Shown: positions 9,447-20,312 of the stretch, piece after piece
Layout: every line of letters starts with the position of its first letter
Numbering within the stretch: the first letter of the stretch is position 1
Assembly: GCA_963755715.1 (NCBI GenBank)
Contig: CAVWLW010000074.1
Location: 64,001-128,000, forward strand
Source of the DNA: an uncultured delta proteobacterium
Lineage (GTDB): Bacteria; Desulfobacterota; Binatia; UBA9968
Direction of reading: 5' to 3'
DNA length: 64,000 nt
Translations under genes and position numbers: made by a program
The notes under the pieces: model-generated
Databases searched by the model: none
The model's input: the letters and a program-made list of their open reading frames with translations, nothing else
What the model was told of the DNA's origin: nothing

Positions 9447-10009
9447 CGAACCGCCGAGTAGTCGCCTTTTCCTTCTTGGGCGCTGACGATGCCTTTGGCG
9501 GCTTCTTCGAGCTTGGCGATGACGAGGGCTGCGCGGATGCCGCCGACGTGTTTGTAGGTGATCCGTCCTTGGGGATCGATGAAAAAACTCTCCGGTATGC
9601 CCCACGTGCCGTAATCGACGCTGATCTTGCCGGACTCGTCTTTGCCGTTGGGATAGCTGACGTTGAACTCCTTCAAGAATTCCGACGAATTCTTGTCGGT
9701 GTCCTGCAGCGCGACGCCGAGAAAGACCATGTTTTTGTCTTTGACTTTCTGCCAAGCGGCTTCGAGATCGCGGGCTTCTTCGCGACAAGGCAAACACCAA
9801 GAGGCCCAGAAATTTATAAATATGGCTTTGCCGCGGAGATCGTCCAGCGTCAGCTTGCGCCCGTCGAAGAGCGTGACCGTAAACGGCGTCGCCGGCTTGG
9901 CGATCAGCGGCGAGACGATGTAGCGCGAATCGCGCCTGAAGCCATAGGCGAGCAGCGCCAAGACCGGCGCGATGATGAAGATCGTGATCGCCAAGCGTCG
10001 CCAGGGCAT
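9443..10009 (-). CDS. ccmG: Thiol:disulfide oxidoreductase CcmG/DsbE (TlpA family)
   Basis: N-terminal membrane anchor, NFWASWCLPC, YGTWGIPESFFID. Confidence 0.88.
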   Translation of the reverse strand: MPWRRLAITIFIIAPVLALLAYGFRRDSRYIVSPLIAKPATPFTVTLFDGRKLTLDDLRGKAIFINFWASWCLPCREEARDLEAAWQKVKDKNMVFLGVALQDTDKNSSEFLKEFNVSYPNGKDESGKISVDYGTWGIPESFFIDPQGRITYKHVGGIRAALVIAKLEEAAKGIVSAQEGKGDYSAVR

Positions 10010-10077
10010 CTAGTCCTCGCTCCGCTCGGAACGGCAGATCTCTGCTCGCAAAATACAGATTGTGGATTCCAAAAAGA

Positions 10078-12039
10078 TCATGTCTCCGAAGATTCCGTCT
10101 TTCTCATCGGCCAGATGCAGACGAGAGTTCCCAAGGCGATGACACATCCACCAATCCACATCCAGATCACCAACGGGCGAACGAGCACTTTTAAGGTGGC
10201 GTGATTGCGATCCACTTCGCTGAAGCCCGAAAGAATCAAATAAATATCCTCATCCAAGCTACTCTGATGCACCGCGCGGCCGATGGGTGACTGTTGGGTC
10301 GGAAAAAATTTCAGCGCCGGGGTCAAAATGCCTTGATCGTTGCCGTTGTGAAAAACTCGAAAGGCGCCTTCGACACGAAAATGGGTCGGTTGCTGTGAGC
10401 CTTTTAAACCTTCGAACTGGACACGGTAGTTACCAAGTTGCAGTTCCTGCTTCACGGCCATCGTTGCTTCTTTCTCCAGGCTATAGGTCATTGAGCCGGC
10501 AATGCCCATCATGATCAACACGATGCCCAGATGAACGACGAATCCGCCGTAGCGCCGCTGATTGCGCCGCGCCAGAGTTACCAGACCGTAGAGGATGCCT
10601 TCGCCGGCGATGCGCTTGCGCGCGCGCAGCGCCAACGCGGTGTCGTAAAGAATCGAAAATACGACGAACGCCAACAGCGTAAATCCTAACAAGGGCAAAA
10701 AGTCGTGTACTTTCCAGGTAAACAATCCCAAGCCGAAAGCAAGCGAAGCGGTAGCGGGCCAGAAAAAATTGCGCTTCAGGTTGTCCCAAGAGGCGCGTCG
10801 CCAGGCGATCATCGGTCCGACGGCCATGAGAAAAACTAAAAAAAGAAACAGCGGCACGGTGACGGAGTTAAAATAAGGCGCGCCCACGCTGACTTGCACG
10901 CCGGCGACGGCCTCGGAGAGCAAAGGAAAGATCGTTCCGAGAAAAATCGTAAAGAGCGCCGAAACGAGCACGATGTTATTCAGCAAAAAAGCCGATTCGC
11001 GGCTGACCATCGAGTCGAGCTCCGGTTGCTCCTTGAGCAGATCGGCGCGATAGGCCACCAGGCCAAAGGACGCGAGTAGGATCACGGTGAGAAAGCCAAG
11101 AAAAAAACCGCCCACCGGTCCCGATGAGAACGCGTGGATCGACGACAGGATGCCCGAGCGGGTGAGAAAGGTGCCGAAGATGGTGAGGCTGAAAGCGACG
11201 ATGATCAGCGACAGGTTCCAAACCTTCAGCATGCGCCGGCGCTCCTGAACTTGAATCGAGTGCAAAAAAGCGGTTGCCGGTAGCCAGGGCATGAACGCGG
11301 CGTTTTCCACTGGATCCCACGCCCAGTAACCGCCCCAACCGAGGACATGATAGGACCACCAGGCGCCGACCAGATTTCCCGCAGTCAGGAAAAACCAGGC
11401 GATAATCGTCCAGCGCCGCGTACTGACGATCCACGCTTCGTCGAGCTTGCCGACGATCAGCGCCGCCATAGCAAACGCATACGGTACGGTGAGACCGACG
11501 AAGCCGGTGTAGAGCAGCGGCGGGTGCGTCATCATGTTAGCGTCTTCGAGCAGCGGATTTAAACCGCGACCGTCGAGCGGCACCGGCGAAATGATTTCGA
11601 AGGGATTCGACAGAAAGCCGACGACGCCAAGAAAAAAAGCCGATACGATACAAAAGATCATGATCACCCAGGGCATCATGTCTTTGTGCCGGTCGCGATA
11701 GAGCCACGCGACGACGCCCGAGAAAATGATCAGAATCCATTCCCAAAGCAGCAGCGAGCCTTCGAGTGCGCCCCACAAACCGGTCACGCGATAATAGATC
11801 GGCGTGGCGCGAGTCGTGTTGAAGGCGACGTATTTAATGGAAAAGTCCGTGGTGACCAGGCCGTAGATCAAAGCGGTGGCGGCCACCGTGACCAAAACGA
11901 ATTGCGCGAGAATCGCATAACGCGCGATTGACAAATATCGTCGGTCGCCTGAGCGCGCCGCAATAATAGGGCTGACGATCCCCGCGAGAGCTATGATAAA
12001 AGCCAGCAGGATGGAGCTATGGCCCAGATTCGCGGTCAC
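10078..12039 (-). CDS. ccmF: Heme lyase CcmF
   Basis: HPPLLY, WGGYWAWDPVENAA, SGILSSIHAF. Confidence 0.97.
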   Translation of the reverse strand: MTANLGHSSILLAFIIALAGIVSPIIAARSGDRRYLSIARYAILAQFVLVTVAATALIYGLVTTDFSIKYVAFNTTRATPIYYRVTGLWGALEGSLLLWEWILIIFSGVVAWLYRDRHKDMMPWVIMIFCIVSAFFLGVVGFLSNPFEIISPVPLDGRGLNPLLEDANMMTHPPLLYTGFVGLTVPYAFAMAALIVGKLDEAWIVSTRRWTIIAWFFLTAGNLVGAWWSYHVLGWGGYWAWDPVENAAFMPWLPATAFLHSIQVQERRRMLKVWNLSLIIVAFSLTIFGTFLTRSGILSSIHAFSSGPVGGFFLGFLTVILLASFGLVAYRADLLKEQPELDSMVSRESAFLLNNIVLVSALFTIFLGTIFPLLSEAVAGVQVSVGAPYFNSVTVPLFLFLVFLMAVGPMIAWRRASWDNLKRNFFWPATASLAFGLGLFTWKVHDFLPLLGFTLLAFVVFSILYDTALALRARKRIAGEGILYGLVTLARRNQRRYGGFVVHLGIVLIMMGIAGSMTYSLEKEATMAVKQELQLGNYRVQFEGLKGSQQPTHFRVEGAFRVFHNGNDQGILTPALKFFPTQQSPIGRAVHQSSLDEDIYLILSGFSEVDRNHATLKVLVRPLVIWMWIGGCVIALGTLVCIWPMRKTESSET

Positions 12040-12479
12040 TTGACGTAGGCTTCCTTGGCGGGAATGAAACTTTTAGCGGCGTCTTTGCCGTCGGTGTGCG
12101 GGCTGTACTCTTCGGCGTGTTTAGCCATGATCGTCGTAGCTTGAAACACGCCATCTTTGCCGATGCGTCCTTCGACGACAGCGCCCTTGCCTTCGCTAAA
12201 CAAGTCCGGCGGCACGCCTTTGAAGAACACCGGAAAATTTGTCGTGCCGTCGGTCAGCTCGAAGCGGTAGGTGAGATTTTGCAGGTCTTTTTGCATCGAT
12301 CCCTTTACGACCATGCCGCCCATGCGCAAGAACTTATCGGTGGAAGTATTTTCTTTGGCTCTTAGCTCGGATGGGGTGACGAAATAGACGATGGCTTCTT
12401 TCATGCCGCCAATGATCAAGTAAGAGATTGCCGCGAGAATAATGACCCCGCCGATCAAGAAACGTTTACTTTTTGACAT
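12036..12479 (-). CDS. ccmE: Heme chaperone CcmE
   Basis: YFVTPSE, RMGGMV, PDLFSEGKG, AKHAEEY (HxxxY heme motif). Confidence 0.95.
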   Translation of the reverse strand: MSKSKRFLIGGVIILAAISYLIIGGMKEAIVYFVTPSELRAKENTSTDKFLRMGGMVVKGSMQKDLQNLTYRFELTDGTTNFPVFFKGVPPDLFSEGKGAVVEGRIGKDGVFQATTIMAKHAEEYSPHTDGKDAAKSFIPAKEAYVK

Positions 12480-12621
12480 CGCGATCCGTCGCCTCCACCG
12501 AGCTGAGCACGTCCAGCTCGGCTTGCGCGCTATTGTAGCGCCGCTTCAACGAAATGAGGTACAGCAGGATTACCCCCCAGACAATTCCATACGCCAGCGC
12601 AACAAAACCCCAAGGTCCCAT
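12466..12621 (-). CDS. ccmD: Heme exporter protein CcmD (51 aa, not in ORF track)
   Basis: Manual translation MGPWGFVALAYGIVWGVILLYLISLKRRYNSAQAELDVLSSVEATDRDVKK; FVxxAY plus TM plus charged tail; between ccmC and ccmE with overlapping stop/start. Confidence 0.85.
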   Translation of the reverse strand: MGPWGFVALAYGIVWGVILLYLISLKRRYNSAQAELDVLSSVEATDRDVKK

Positions 12622-13328
12622 CAGCCGCCTCGCGCCAAGCGCCGCGCTTTGATCTCACCACGCATTTCACCGAACCGATAGCGCAACGATAGCAAATAAA
12701 AATAAAGCAACAAGAATCCGACAAAACTGATCGTTAAAGCGATCAGCATCGACGGATGAACATTTTCCCAGGGAGCTTTGTTCGGCTGTAAAATCGACGG
12801 CGGTTGATGCAAGGTGCGCCACCAGTAAACCGACATGTGGATCAATGGAATGTCGAGAAAGCCGATGATGCCCAATACCGCCGCGGCCGATGCGGCGCGG
12901 TTTTCATCTTCGATGAGCGATCGCAACATCAAATAACCGATATAGATCAATAAGAGGATCGCTGTGAGGGTAAGCCGCGCATCCCAGGTCCACCACACGC
13001 CCCACGTTGGGCGTCCCCAGATCGAGCCTTCGATGATCGTCAGCGCGGTGAACAGCACGCCGAGCTCGGCCGCCGAGTGCGCCAGGATATCGTCGCGCTT
13101 CTCACGTTTCCACAAATACATGCCGCTGCCGATGAACACTAAAAAATAAGAAAGATAAGCGGTGAGAATGCTCGGCAGATGCAGATACATGATGCGCTGG
13201 ACTTGGCCTTGATAAGCGTCCGGCGGCGCGATCACGAGACCCCAATACAGTCCGACGGCGATGGCGATGAGCGCCAAGGCGCCGAGAATGCCACGGCGTT
13301 TTTTGATCGGTCGAGCGCCTTTCTTCAT
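12621..13328 (-). CDS. ccmC: Heme exporter protein CcmC
   Basis: RIMYLHLP, WGRPTWGVWWTWDARLT, WWRTLHQ. Confidence 0.96.
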   Translation of the reverse strand: MKKGARPIKKRRGILGALALIAIAVGLYWGLVIAPPDAYQGQVQRIMYLHLPSILTAYLSYFLVFIGSGMYLWKREKRDDILAHSAAELGVLFTALTIIEGSIWGRPTWGVWWTWDARLTLTAILLLIYIGYLMLRSLIEDENRAASAAAVLGIIGFLDIPLIHMSVYWWRTLHQPPSILQPNKAPWENVHPSMLIALTISFVGFLLLYFYLLSLRYRFGEMRGEIKARRLARGG

Positions 13329-13329
13329 G

Positions 13330-14007
13330 TCAACTCTCGATGACGTGATCGAAAAGCAGGACGCCGAGGGTCAGAAATATCACATCAAAACCTAAAAGCA
13401 GCCGGAGCCAGGGGAGCGCCTCGCCGAGTTCACCCATGCGCAGAATATTTTCCATGCAGCGGATCGTCGCCAGTATGACTGGAATCATTAAAGGAAACAG
13501 CACCAGCGGCAGCAGCAGCTCGCGCGCCCGGGCGCGCAGCGTGACCGCTGCCATCATCGTTCCCAGGCCACAAAAGCCAACGGTACCTAACAAACTAACC
13601 AGAAATATTTGCGGTAGCAAATTCCATGAATGGAGATTGAAAAGGATCCAAAAGAGCGGGATGACCACGATCTCGACGAGAAGCATCAGGATCAAGTTGA
13701 AGCCGGTCTTGGCGAGAAACAGCGCGCCGCGATCGAGCGGCGACAGCAGCAGCGCATCGAGGCAATGATTTTCACGCTCGGCGTTGAAAAGTTGGGCGAG
13801 ACCCAAAGTGCCGGTGAAAAGGAACGCCAGCCAAAGCAGCGCCGGCGCCATTTCAACGATCTTGTCCGGCGCGAGATCGAAGGAAAAATGAAAGACAAAC
13901 AGCAGCAGCGTGCCGAAAAAAAACATCGTCAACAAGCTCTCGCGCCGGCGCAACTCCAGCAGGAGATCTTTCCAGAGCAGCAGGTAAGTTTCTTTGAGCA
14001 GCGTCAT
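13330..14007 (-). CDS. ccmB: Heme exporter protein CcmB
   Basis: KDLLLELRR, ERENHCLDALLLSP, LLLPLVLFPLMIPV. Confidence 0.93.
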   Translation of the reverse strand: MTLLKETYLLLWKDLLLELRRRESLLTMFFFGTLLLFVFHFSFDLAPDKIVEMAPALLWLAFLFTGTLGLAQLFNAERENHCLDALLLSPLDRGALFLAKTGFNLILMLLVEIVVIPLFWILFNLHSWNLLPQIFLVSLLGTVGFCGLGTMMAAVTLRARARELLLPLVLFPLMIPVILATIRCMENILRMGELGEALPWLRLLLGFDVIFLTLGVLLFDHVIES

Positions 14008-14708
14008 GGGTCGCCGTGCGGCAGAAATTCACCGAAGGCTTGATCGAAGCTCGGCCAGGGCTGGCGTTTGGTTTCGTCGAAAGTCACCCGACCTTGATGC
14101 AAGATCACGGCGCGATTGCACAGCCGCAGCACGCGCGCGACATGATGCGAGGCGATGACGACAATGCCGCCCCGGGCACATTGCGCCAGCAAAAAATCTT
14201 CGAGCAGATCGACGCCGCTGCCGTCGAGCACGCCGTAAGGCTCGTCGAGCAATAAGAGCTCGGGTTGCAAAAGCCGCCACTTGGCGATGGAGAGACGGCA
14301 CTTCAGGCCGCTGGAAAGATTGGCCACGTATTCGCTTTGGCGCGCGGCGAGCTGAACGGCTGCAAGATTTTCCTCGATGGCGGCGTCGTGCGGGCGGCGA
14401 TAGAGCGACGCGAAGAAGCGGAGATTTTCCCCCACTGTAAGATTCTCGTATAAATGATCAACGGGAGACAGAAAACCGATCTTTCGGCGCAAGCCGGTGT
14501 TCCCGGGCGCAAATTCGGCGCCGTCAAAGCAGATCGATCCCAAGGTGGGGACGATCAATCCAGCGAGCAGTCGCAATAAGGTTGTTTTACCGGCGCCGTT
14601 GGGTCCGAGCAGGGCGGCGAGCTGTCCCGGTTGAAAATCGAGACGGACATCTCTAAGCGCCCACAAAAAACCGTAGGCTTTGGATAATTTGTCGATGGAC
14701 AGGTGCAA
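14004..14708 (-). CDS. ccmA: Heme ABC exporter ATP-binding protein CcmA
   Basis: Walker A GPNGAGKTT, LLLLDEP, first gene of the ccm operon; start uncertain (TTG at 14708 or up to 14789). Confidence 0.88.
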   Translation of the reverse strand: MHLSIDKLSKAYGFLWALRDVRLDFQPGQLAALLGPNGAGKTTLLRLLAGLIVPTLGSICFDGAEFAPGNTGLRRKIGFLSPVDHLYENLTVGENLRFFASLYRRPHDAAIEENLAAVQLAARQSEYVANLSSGLKCRLSIAKWRLLQPELLLLDEPYGVLDGSGVDLLEDFLLAQCARGGIVVIASHHVARVLRLCNRAVILHQGRVTFDETKRQPWPSFDQAFGEFLPHGDP

Positions 14709-14891
14709 GATCTGGTTCCGATGGCGACGCAGGTTTCGAGTATCGCTGCCGAGTCGCTCGACTATAGTGAGGGGAGGTTGCGGTTGCAAGTACGGTGGAA
14801 GTTTTGCTTTTTGACGCCTTAGTTTGACATTATTGCTGTAACTCCCCTATTTAGTAGTTGCGATCGTAGATCGCGCCTAAAGGAGGAATTG

Positions 14892-15567
14892 ATGAATCCG
14901 ATGGTCACAGTCACGGGATTTTGGGACGCCTTTGTCACCAAGATCGCGGTATTTCTACCGAACCTGTTCTTTTCCATTGCGATCCTTCTGCTCGGCTGGG
15001 TGATCTGCAACGTGATCAAAAGAATCGTCGTGCGTCTGCTCAAGCTCTGCCAGTTCGATTCGCTGGCGGAGCGCGCCGGTATCAAGCAGATTCTCGAAAA
15101 GGGCGGGATCAAGCAGGCGCCTTCCGACATCATCGGGCTGCTCGCTTTCTGGTTTCTTTTTCTGATCGCGATCGTGACGACGCTGGAGACGCTCAATCTT
15201 GAGCGGCGCCACCGATACCTTGCACACGATTTATCTCTACATTCCCAAGATCGTCGCGGCTTTAGTGACGTTGATCCTCGGGCTTTATTTCGCGAATTTT
15301 TTGGAAACCGTGACGCGGACCTCCTGCGCCAATGCCGGTCTCCACGCCGCGGCATCGATCGGCCGTGCCGCTTATATCGGCACGACGATCTTCGTCGTCG
15401 CCGGCATCTTTGAAATCCTCGATATCGCCTCCGAAATCGTCATCTGGGCATTCATTTTGGTCTTCGGCGCGGTCTGCTTGGCGCTGGCTCTGGCCTTTGG
15501 TTTGGGCGGCAGAGACGTCGCCGGGCGCTACCTGGAAAAGTGGCTAGAGCAGAAGAAAAACGAGTAG
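14892..15567 (+). CDS. TM-helix-repeat membrane protein (CmpX / small mechanosensitive channel TM-like), split by a +1 frameshift near 15199
   Basis: FLPNLFFSIAILLLGW and YIPKIVAALVTLILG repeats, ALALAFGLGGRDVA C-terminus; AGGAGG RBS; removing one T at 15199-15200 joins the two ORFs. Confidence 0.8.
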
Positions 15568-15697
15568 TTAAGCGCCTTGACTCGCCCTAGTTTATCAGTT
15601 AGTTTCGAGCAGTTAAAAATTCATTTTTAAGCAAATAGCCTAAGGTGCGTTTAGATTTGTAGAAGGCCCTTAGGCTATTTTTGCAGGTGAGGAGAAC

Positions 15698-17104
15698 ATG
15701 GCAGAGTATAAAGTGGTAAAAGTCCCGACGGGCGGCGCAAAGATCACCATGGGAGCCAACAAAAAGCTTCAGGTTCCCGACAACCCAATCATTCCCTATA
15801 TCGAAGGCGACGGCACCGGGCGCGATATTTGGCGCGCGTCGGTGCGCGTGTTCGATTCGGCCGTGGAAAAGGCCTACAAGGGCAAAAAGAAAATCCACTG
15901 GATGGAAGTTTACGCGGGCGAGAAGTCATTTAAGCAGTACAATAGCTGGCTGCACGATGAAACCGTGCCGGCGTTCACTGAGTTTCTCGTTGGCATCAAA
16001 GGGCCGCTGACCACTCCGATCGGCGGCGGCATGACGTCGCTCAACGTAGGTTTGAGGAAGTTGCTCGATCTCTATGTTTGCCTGCGCCCCATTCGCTACT
16101 TCAACGGCGTGCCGTCGCCGGTCAAGCATCCTGAGTTTGTCGACATGGCGGTTTTTCGCGAGAACACCGAAGATATTTACACCGGCATCGAGTTTCCCAA
16201 CGGCACCGAAGCCAACGCTAAGTTCAAATCGCTGCTCAAGGAAAACTTTCCAAAAGAATATGCCAAGATTCGCTTTCCAAACACCGCAGCCGTCGGTTTG
16301 AAGCCGGTCTCGGTCGAAGGCACCGAGCGTTTGGTGCGCGCGGCGATTCAGTGGGCGCTAAATAACAAGCGCAAGAACGTAAACTTCGTCCACAAGGGCA
16401 ACATCATGAAATATACCGAGGGCGCGTTTATGGAATGGGGCTACGCCCTCGGAAAACGCGAATTTCGCAACGATGTGGTCAGCGAGCGCGAGTCGTGGAT
16501 CCTAGGTAACAAGGAAGCCAAAGCGAATATTTCAGTGGAAGAAAATGCCAAGCTGATCGATCCGGGCTTCGACATGATGTCGCCGGCACAGCAGGGCGAT
16601 ATCAAAAAAGAAGTCGAAGAGGCGCTTAAACTTTGGCCGACCCACGGCGACGGCAAATGGAAGTCAAAGTTGATGCTCAAAGACTCCATCGCTGACGTAA
16701 CGCTCCAATTCGTGCTTATCCGGCCAAAAGACTACGACGTCATCGCGACATTAAATCTGAACGGCGACTACCTCTCCGACGCTTTGGCAGCTCAAGTGGG
16801 TGGCATCGGCATCGCGCCCGGCGCCAATATAAATTACGAAACCGGCCATGCGGTTTTCGAGGCGACCCACGGCACCGCGCCGAAGTATGCCGACCTCGAT
16901 AAAGTGAATCCGGGATCGGTTATTCTTTCCGGCGAAATGATGCTCCGCTACATGGGTTGGGGTGAGGCCGCTGATCTCATCATCAAGGGAATCGAGGGCG
17001 CGGTTAACAATAAAACCGTGACCTACGATTTCGAACGTTTGATGCCGGGATCGAAGCTGGTGAGTTGTTCCGGATTCGGCGACGCCATCATTGCCAATAT
17101 GTGA
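15698..17104 (+). CDS. icd: NADP-dependent isocitrate dehydrogenase
   Basis: [56 protein letters not shown]. Confidence 0.97.
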   Translation: MAEYKVVKVPTGGAKITMGANKKLQVPDNPIIPYIEGDGTGRDIWRASVRVFDSAVEKAYKGKKKIHWMEVYAGEKSFKQYNSWLHDETVPAFTEFLVGIKGPLTTPIGGGMTSLNVGLRKLLDLYVCLRPIRYFNGVPSPVKHPEFVDMAVFRENTEDIYTGIEFPNGTEANAKFKSLLKENFPKEYAKIRFPNTAAVGLKPVSVEGTERLVRAAIQWALNNKRKNVNFVHKGNIMKYTEGAFMEWGYALGKREFRNDVVSERESWILGNKEAKANISVEENAKLIDPGFDMMSPAQQGDIKKEVEEALKLWPTHGDGKWKSKLMLKDSIADVTLQFVLIRPKDYDVIATLNLNGDYLSDALAAQVGGIGIAPGANINYETGHAVFEATHGTAPKYADLDKVNPGSVILSGEMMLRYMGWGEAADLIIKGIEGAVNNKTVTYDFERLMPGSKLVSCSGFGDAIIANM

Positions 17105-17161
17105 AGAAGTGCGCGCTGAGAGATTCAGTTGTAGCTTGATTAAAATAGGTTTGAGGGAGTT

Positions 17162-18106
17162 ATGGCAAGGAAGAAAATCGCGCTTATTGGCGCGGGCAAT
17201 ATCGGCGGATCGATGGCCCACTTGGCGCTGTTAAAAGGGCTCGGCGACGTGGTGATGTTCGATGTCATCGAAGGGCTGCCGCAGGGCAAAGCGCTCGATT
17301 TGTCCCATGCCGGGCCGATCGAAGGTTTTGACGGCAGCGTCATCGGCACCAACAAGTACGACGATATTGCCGGCGCCGATGTTTGTATCGTGACAGCGGG
17401 GATCGCGCGCAAACCTGGCATGAGCCGCGACGATTTGCTGGGCACCAACGCCAAGATCCTGACTTCAGTGGCGGACGGAATAAAAAAACACGCGCCAAAC
17501 TCCTTTGTCATCGTCATCACCAATCCGCTCGATGCGATGGTGACCTTGATGCAGCGCGCGCTGGGTTTTCCGAAAAACCGCGTGGTCGGTCAATCGGGAA
17601 TTTTGGATTCTTCCCGTTATCGTTCGTTTATTGCGAAAGAACTGAATGTTTCCGTAAAGAGTGTGCACGCGACGGTGTTGGGCGGTCACGGCGACGACAT
17701 GGTGCCGGTGCGGAGTTCCTGCATTGTCGGCGGCGTCCCAGTGGAGAAACTGATCCCGGCTAAGCGGCTCGATGAAATCGAAGCGCGGGTACGCAACGCC
17801 GGCGGCGAAGTCGTCGCGCTCTTGAAAACGGGATCGGCCTATTTCTCACCGGCTTCGGCGGCGATTCAAATGACGGAGGCCTTCCTCTTTGACAAGAAGG
17901 AAATTCTTCCATGCGCGGCGTTGCTCGAAGGCGAGTACGGCGTCAGCGGTTATTACTTCTGCGTGCCGGTGATGATTGGCGCCGGAGGCGTTGAGAAAAT
18001 CATCGACATCAACCTCAATGCCGCCGACAAGAAGGCCTTCGACGAATCGCTCAGTCATGTTAAAGACATCGTACAAGCGATGAATCGTGTTTTGGGCGTC
18101 GCGTAA
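17162..18106 (+). CDS. mdh: Malate dehydrogenase (LDH-like)
   Basis: [32 protein letters not shown]. Confidence 0.97.
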   Translation: MARKKIALIGAGNIGGSMAHLALLKGLGDVVMFDVIEGLPQGKALDLSHAGPIEGFDGSVIGTNKYDDIAGADVCIVTAGIARKPGMSRDDLLGTNAKILTSVADGIKKHAPNSFVIVITNPLDAMVTLMQRALGFPKNRVVGQSGILDSSRYRSFIAKELNVSVKSVHATVLGGHGDDMVPVRSSCIVGGVPVEKLIPAKRLDEIEARVRNAGGEVVALLKTGSAYFSPASAAIQMTEAFLFDKKEILPCAALLEGEYGVSGYYFCVPVMIGAGGVEKIIDINLNAADKKAFDESLSHVKDIVQAMNRVLGVA

Positions 18107-18129
18107 CCGAGTCGAAATTCAGTAGTCTT

Positions 18130-18165
18130 GAGACCCTGAGACTAATCGTCTAGTCTTAGGGTCTC
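18130..18165. other. 15-bp intergenic stem-loop between mdh and sucC
   Basis: GAGACCCTGAGACTA-atcgtc-TAGTCTTAGGGTCTC (one G-U pair). Confidence 0.6.
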
Positions 18166-18186
18166 GCTTTATCACGCTCTAAACCG

Positions 18187-19353
18187 ATGAACATCCACGA
18201 GTTTCAAGCCAAGGAAATTCTCAAGCGCTTCGGTGTCGCCGTACCCCGAGGAATTGTGGCTACGACACCGGAGCAAGCCAAAGCTGCGGCGCAAGAGCTC
18301 GGCGGTGGAGTGAGCGTCGTCAAAGCGCAGATTCACGCCGGCGGGCGCGGCAAAGGCGGCGGCGTCAAAGTCGTCAAGAGTCCGGACGAGGCGGCGGCAA
18401 AAGCGCGTGAGATGCTCGGTAAAAATCTTGTCACGCATCAAACCGGCCCGGAAGGCCGCCAGGTCCGCCGGGTGCTTGTCGAGCAAGGGCTCAATATCGA
18501 GCGCGAGCTTTATCTGGCCATGGTTTTGGATCGCGCGCAGTCGCGCGTGACCGTGATTTGTTCGTCGGAAGGCGGCGTGGAGATCGAAGAAGTGGCCGCA
18601 AATCATCCGGAAAAGATTTTGAAAGAAACGGTCGATCCCGTGATCGGCCTGGCTGCTTTTCAATGCCGCCGCTTGGCATTCGCGTTGGGCGTCCCGCCTG
18701 CATTGACCGGAAAAATGGTCGGTGTCATGCAAGGGCTTTATCGCGTCTTCGAAGAATGCGACGCCTCGCTCGCCGAAATCAATCCACTGATCATCACGAA
18801 GGAAGGCCAGGTGATGGCGCTCGACGCCAAGATGAATTTCGACAGCAACGCCTTCTTTCGGCAGAAGGAAATTGTCGCGCTACGCGACTTGGATGAAGAA
18901 GACCCGCGTGAAGTCGAGGCCAGCAAATACGATCTCTCGTATATTTCGTTGGACGGCAACATCGCCTGTATGGTCAACGGCGCCGGCTTGGCGATGGCGA
19001 CCATGGATATTATCAAGCTCTACGGCGGCGAGCCGGCTAATTTCCTCGACGTGGGCGGCGGCGCCGACAAGGAAAAGGTCGCCCAGGCTTTCAAAATTCT
19101 TCTGGCCGATGCGCGAGTGCGTGGCGTGCTGATCAATATTTTTGGTGGCATTATGCGTTGCGACGTATTGGCTCAAGGCGTTGTGGATGCCGCGCGCGAG
19201 CTGAACATCAGTGTGCCGTTGGTCGTGCGCATGCAGGGAACCAACGTGGAGCAGGGCAGACAAATCCTCGCCGAATCCGGCTTGACGATCATTTCCGCAG
19301 AAACGATGGCCGAAGCGGCGGAGAAGATCGTGAAAGCAGTCCAAACAAATTAA
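18187..19353 (+). CDS. sucC: Succinyl-CoA synthetase beta subunit
   Basis: [45 protein letters not shown]. Confidence 0.98.
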   Translation: MNIHEFQAKEILKRFGVAVPRGIVATTPEQAKAAAQELGGGVSVVKAQIHAGGRGKGGGVKVVKSPDEAAAKAREMLGKNLVTHQTGPEGRQVRRVLVEQGLNIERELYLAMVLDRAQSRVTVICSSEGGVEIEEVAANHPEKILKETVDPVIGLAAFQCRRLAFALGVPPALTGKMVGVMQGLYRVFEECDASLAEINPLIITKEGQVMALDAKMNFDSNAFFRQKEIVALRDLDEEDPREVEASKYDLSYISLDGNIACMVNGAGLAMATMDIIKLYGGEPANFLDVGGGADKEKVAQAFKILLADARVRGVLINIFGGIMRCDVLAQGVVDAARELNISVPLVVRMQGTNVEQGRQILAESGLTIISAETMAEAAEKIVKAVQTN

Positions 19354-19430
19354 AAATGCAAAATGAAAAATTAAAAATGGATAGGGCGTTGCCTTTTTTA
19401 ATTTTTAACTTTTAATTTTAAATTTATTTT
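19352..19430. repeat. AT-rich inverted arrays of degenerate heptamers between sucC and sucD
   Basis: aaaaatg-caaaatg-aaaaatt-aaaaatg ... aattttt-aactttt-aatttta-aattt. Confidence 0.6.
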
Positions 19431-19439
19431 TGATAGCAC

Positions 19440-20312
19440 ATGTCGATCCTCGTCAATAAGCAAACCCGTGTCTTGACCCAAGGCATCACCGGGGCGACGG
19501 GGCAATTTCACACCAAAGCGTGCAAAGAGTATGGCACGCAAATGGTGGCTGGCGTCACTCCCGGAAAAGGTGGGACGGTGTTTGAAGGCATTCCGATCTT
19601 CGACAGCGTTGAACGGGCGGTGCGGGAGACCGGCGCTGACGCGAGCGTGATTTATGTCCCGCCGCCGTTCGCGGCGGATGCGATCCTTGAGGCGGCTGAT
19701 GCCGGAATTCCCTTGATTATCTGTATTACCGAGGGCGTGCCGGTGCGCGATATGGTGAAGGTGAAGCGTTACCTCGAAGGTCGAAGCTCGCAACTGCTTG
19801 GCCCGAATTGTCCGGGCACGATTACGCCGGGAGAGTGCAAGATCGGCATTATGCCGGGACACATTCACAAAGCGGGAACGATCGGCGTGGTTTCGCGCAG
19901 TGGCACGTTGACGTATGAAGCCGTGGATCAGTTGACCCGTTTGGGCATGGGGCAGTCGACTTGCGTCGGCATCGGCGGCGATCCGGTGCATGGATTTGAA
20001 TTTATCGACGTCTTGAAAATGTTTAACCAGGACTCGGGAACCAGCGCGGTAGTGATGATCGGCGAGATCGGCGGCAGCGCCGAAGAGGAAGCCGCGGCCT
20101 GGATCAAGCTCAACATGAAAAAGCCGGTGGTCGGTTTCATCGCCGGCCAGACGGCGCCGCCGGGGAAAAGAATGGGCCACGCCGGCGCGATCATTTCCGG
20201 CGGCAAGGGCACCGCCAAAGAAAAAATCGAAGCGATGAAATCTGCCGGTATCCGGCTGGCACCGTCACCGGCCACTATCGGTCGCACCCTGCAGGAGGCA
20301 ATAGGAAAGTAA
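19440..20312 (+). CDS. sucD: Succinyl-CoA synthetase alpha subunit
   Basis: [27 protein letters not shown]. Confidence 0.98.
   Translation: MSILVNKQTRVLTQGITGATGQFHTKACKEYGTQMVAGVTPGKGGTVFEGIPIFDSVERAVRETGADASVIYVPPPFAADAILEAADAGIPLIICITEGVPVRDMVKVKRYLEGRSSQLLGPNCPGTITPGECKIGIMPGHIHKAGTIGVVSRSGTLTYEAVDQLTRLGMGQSTCVGIGGDPVHGFEFIDVLKMFNQDSGTSAVVMIGEIGGSAEEEAAAWIKLNMKKPVVGFIAGQTAPPGKRMGHAGAIISGGKGTAKEKIEAMKSAGIRLAPSPATIGRTLQEAIGK

Noticed and set aside
9447-9800. N-terminal 117-aa extension of the 671-aa CcmH ORF
   Set aside because: It is an alternate frame overlapping ccmG; the real start is the ATG at 9446
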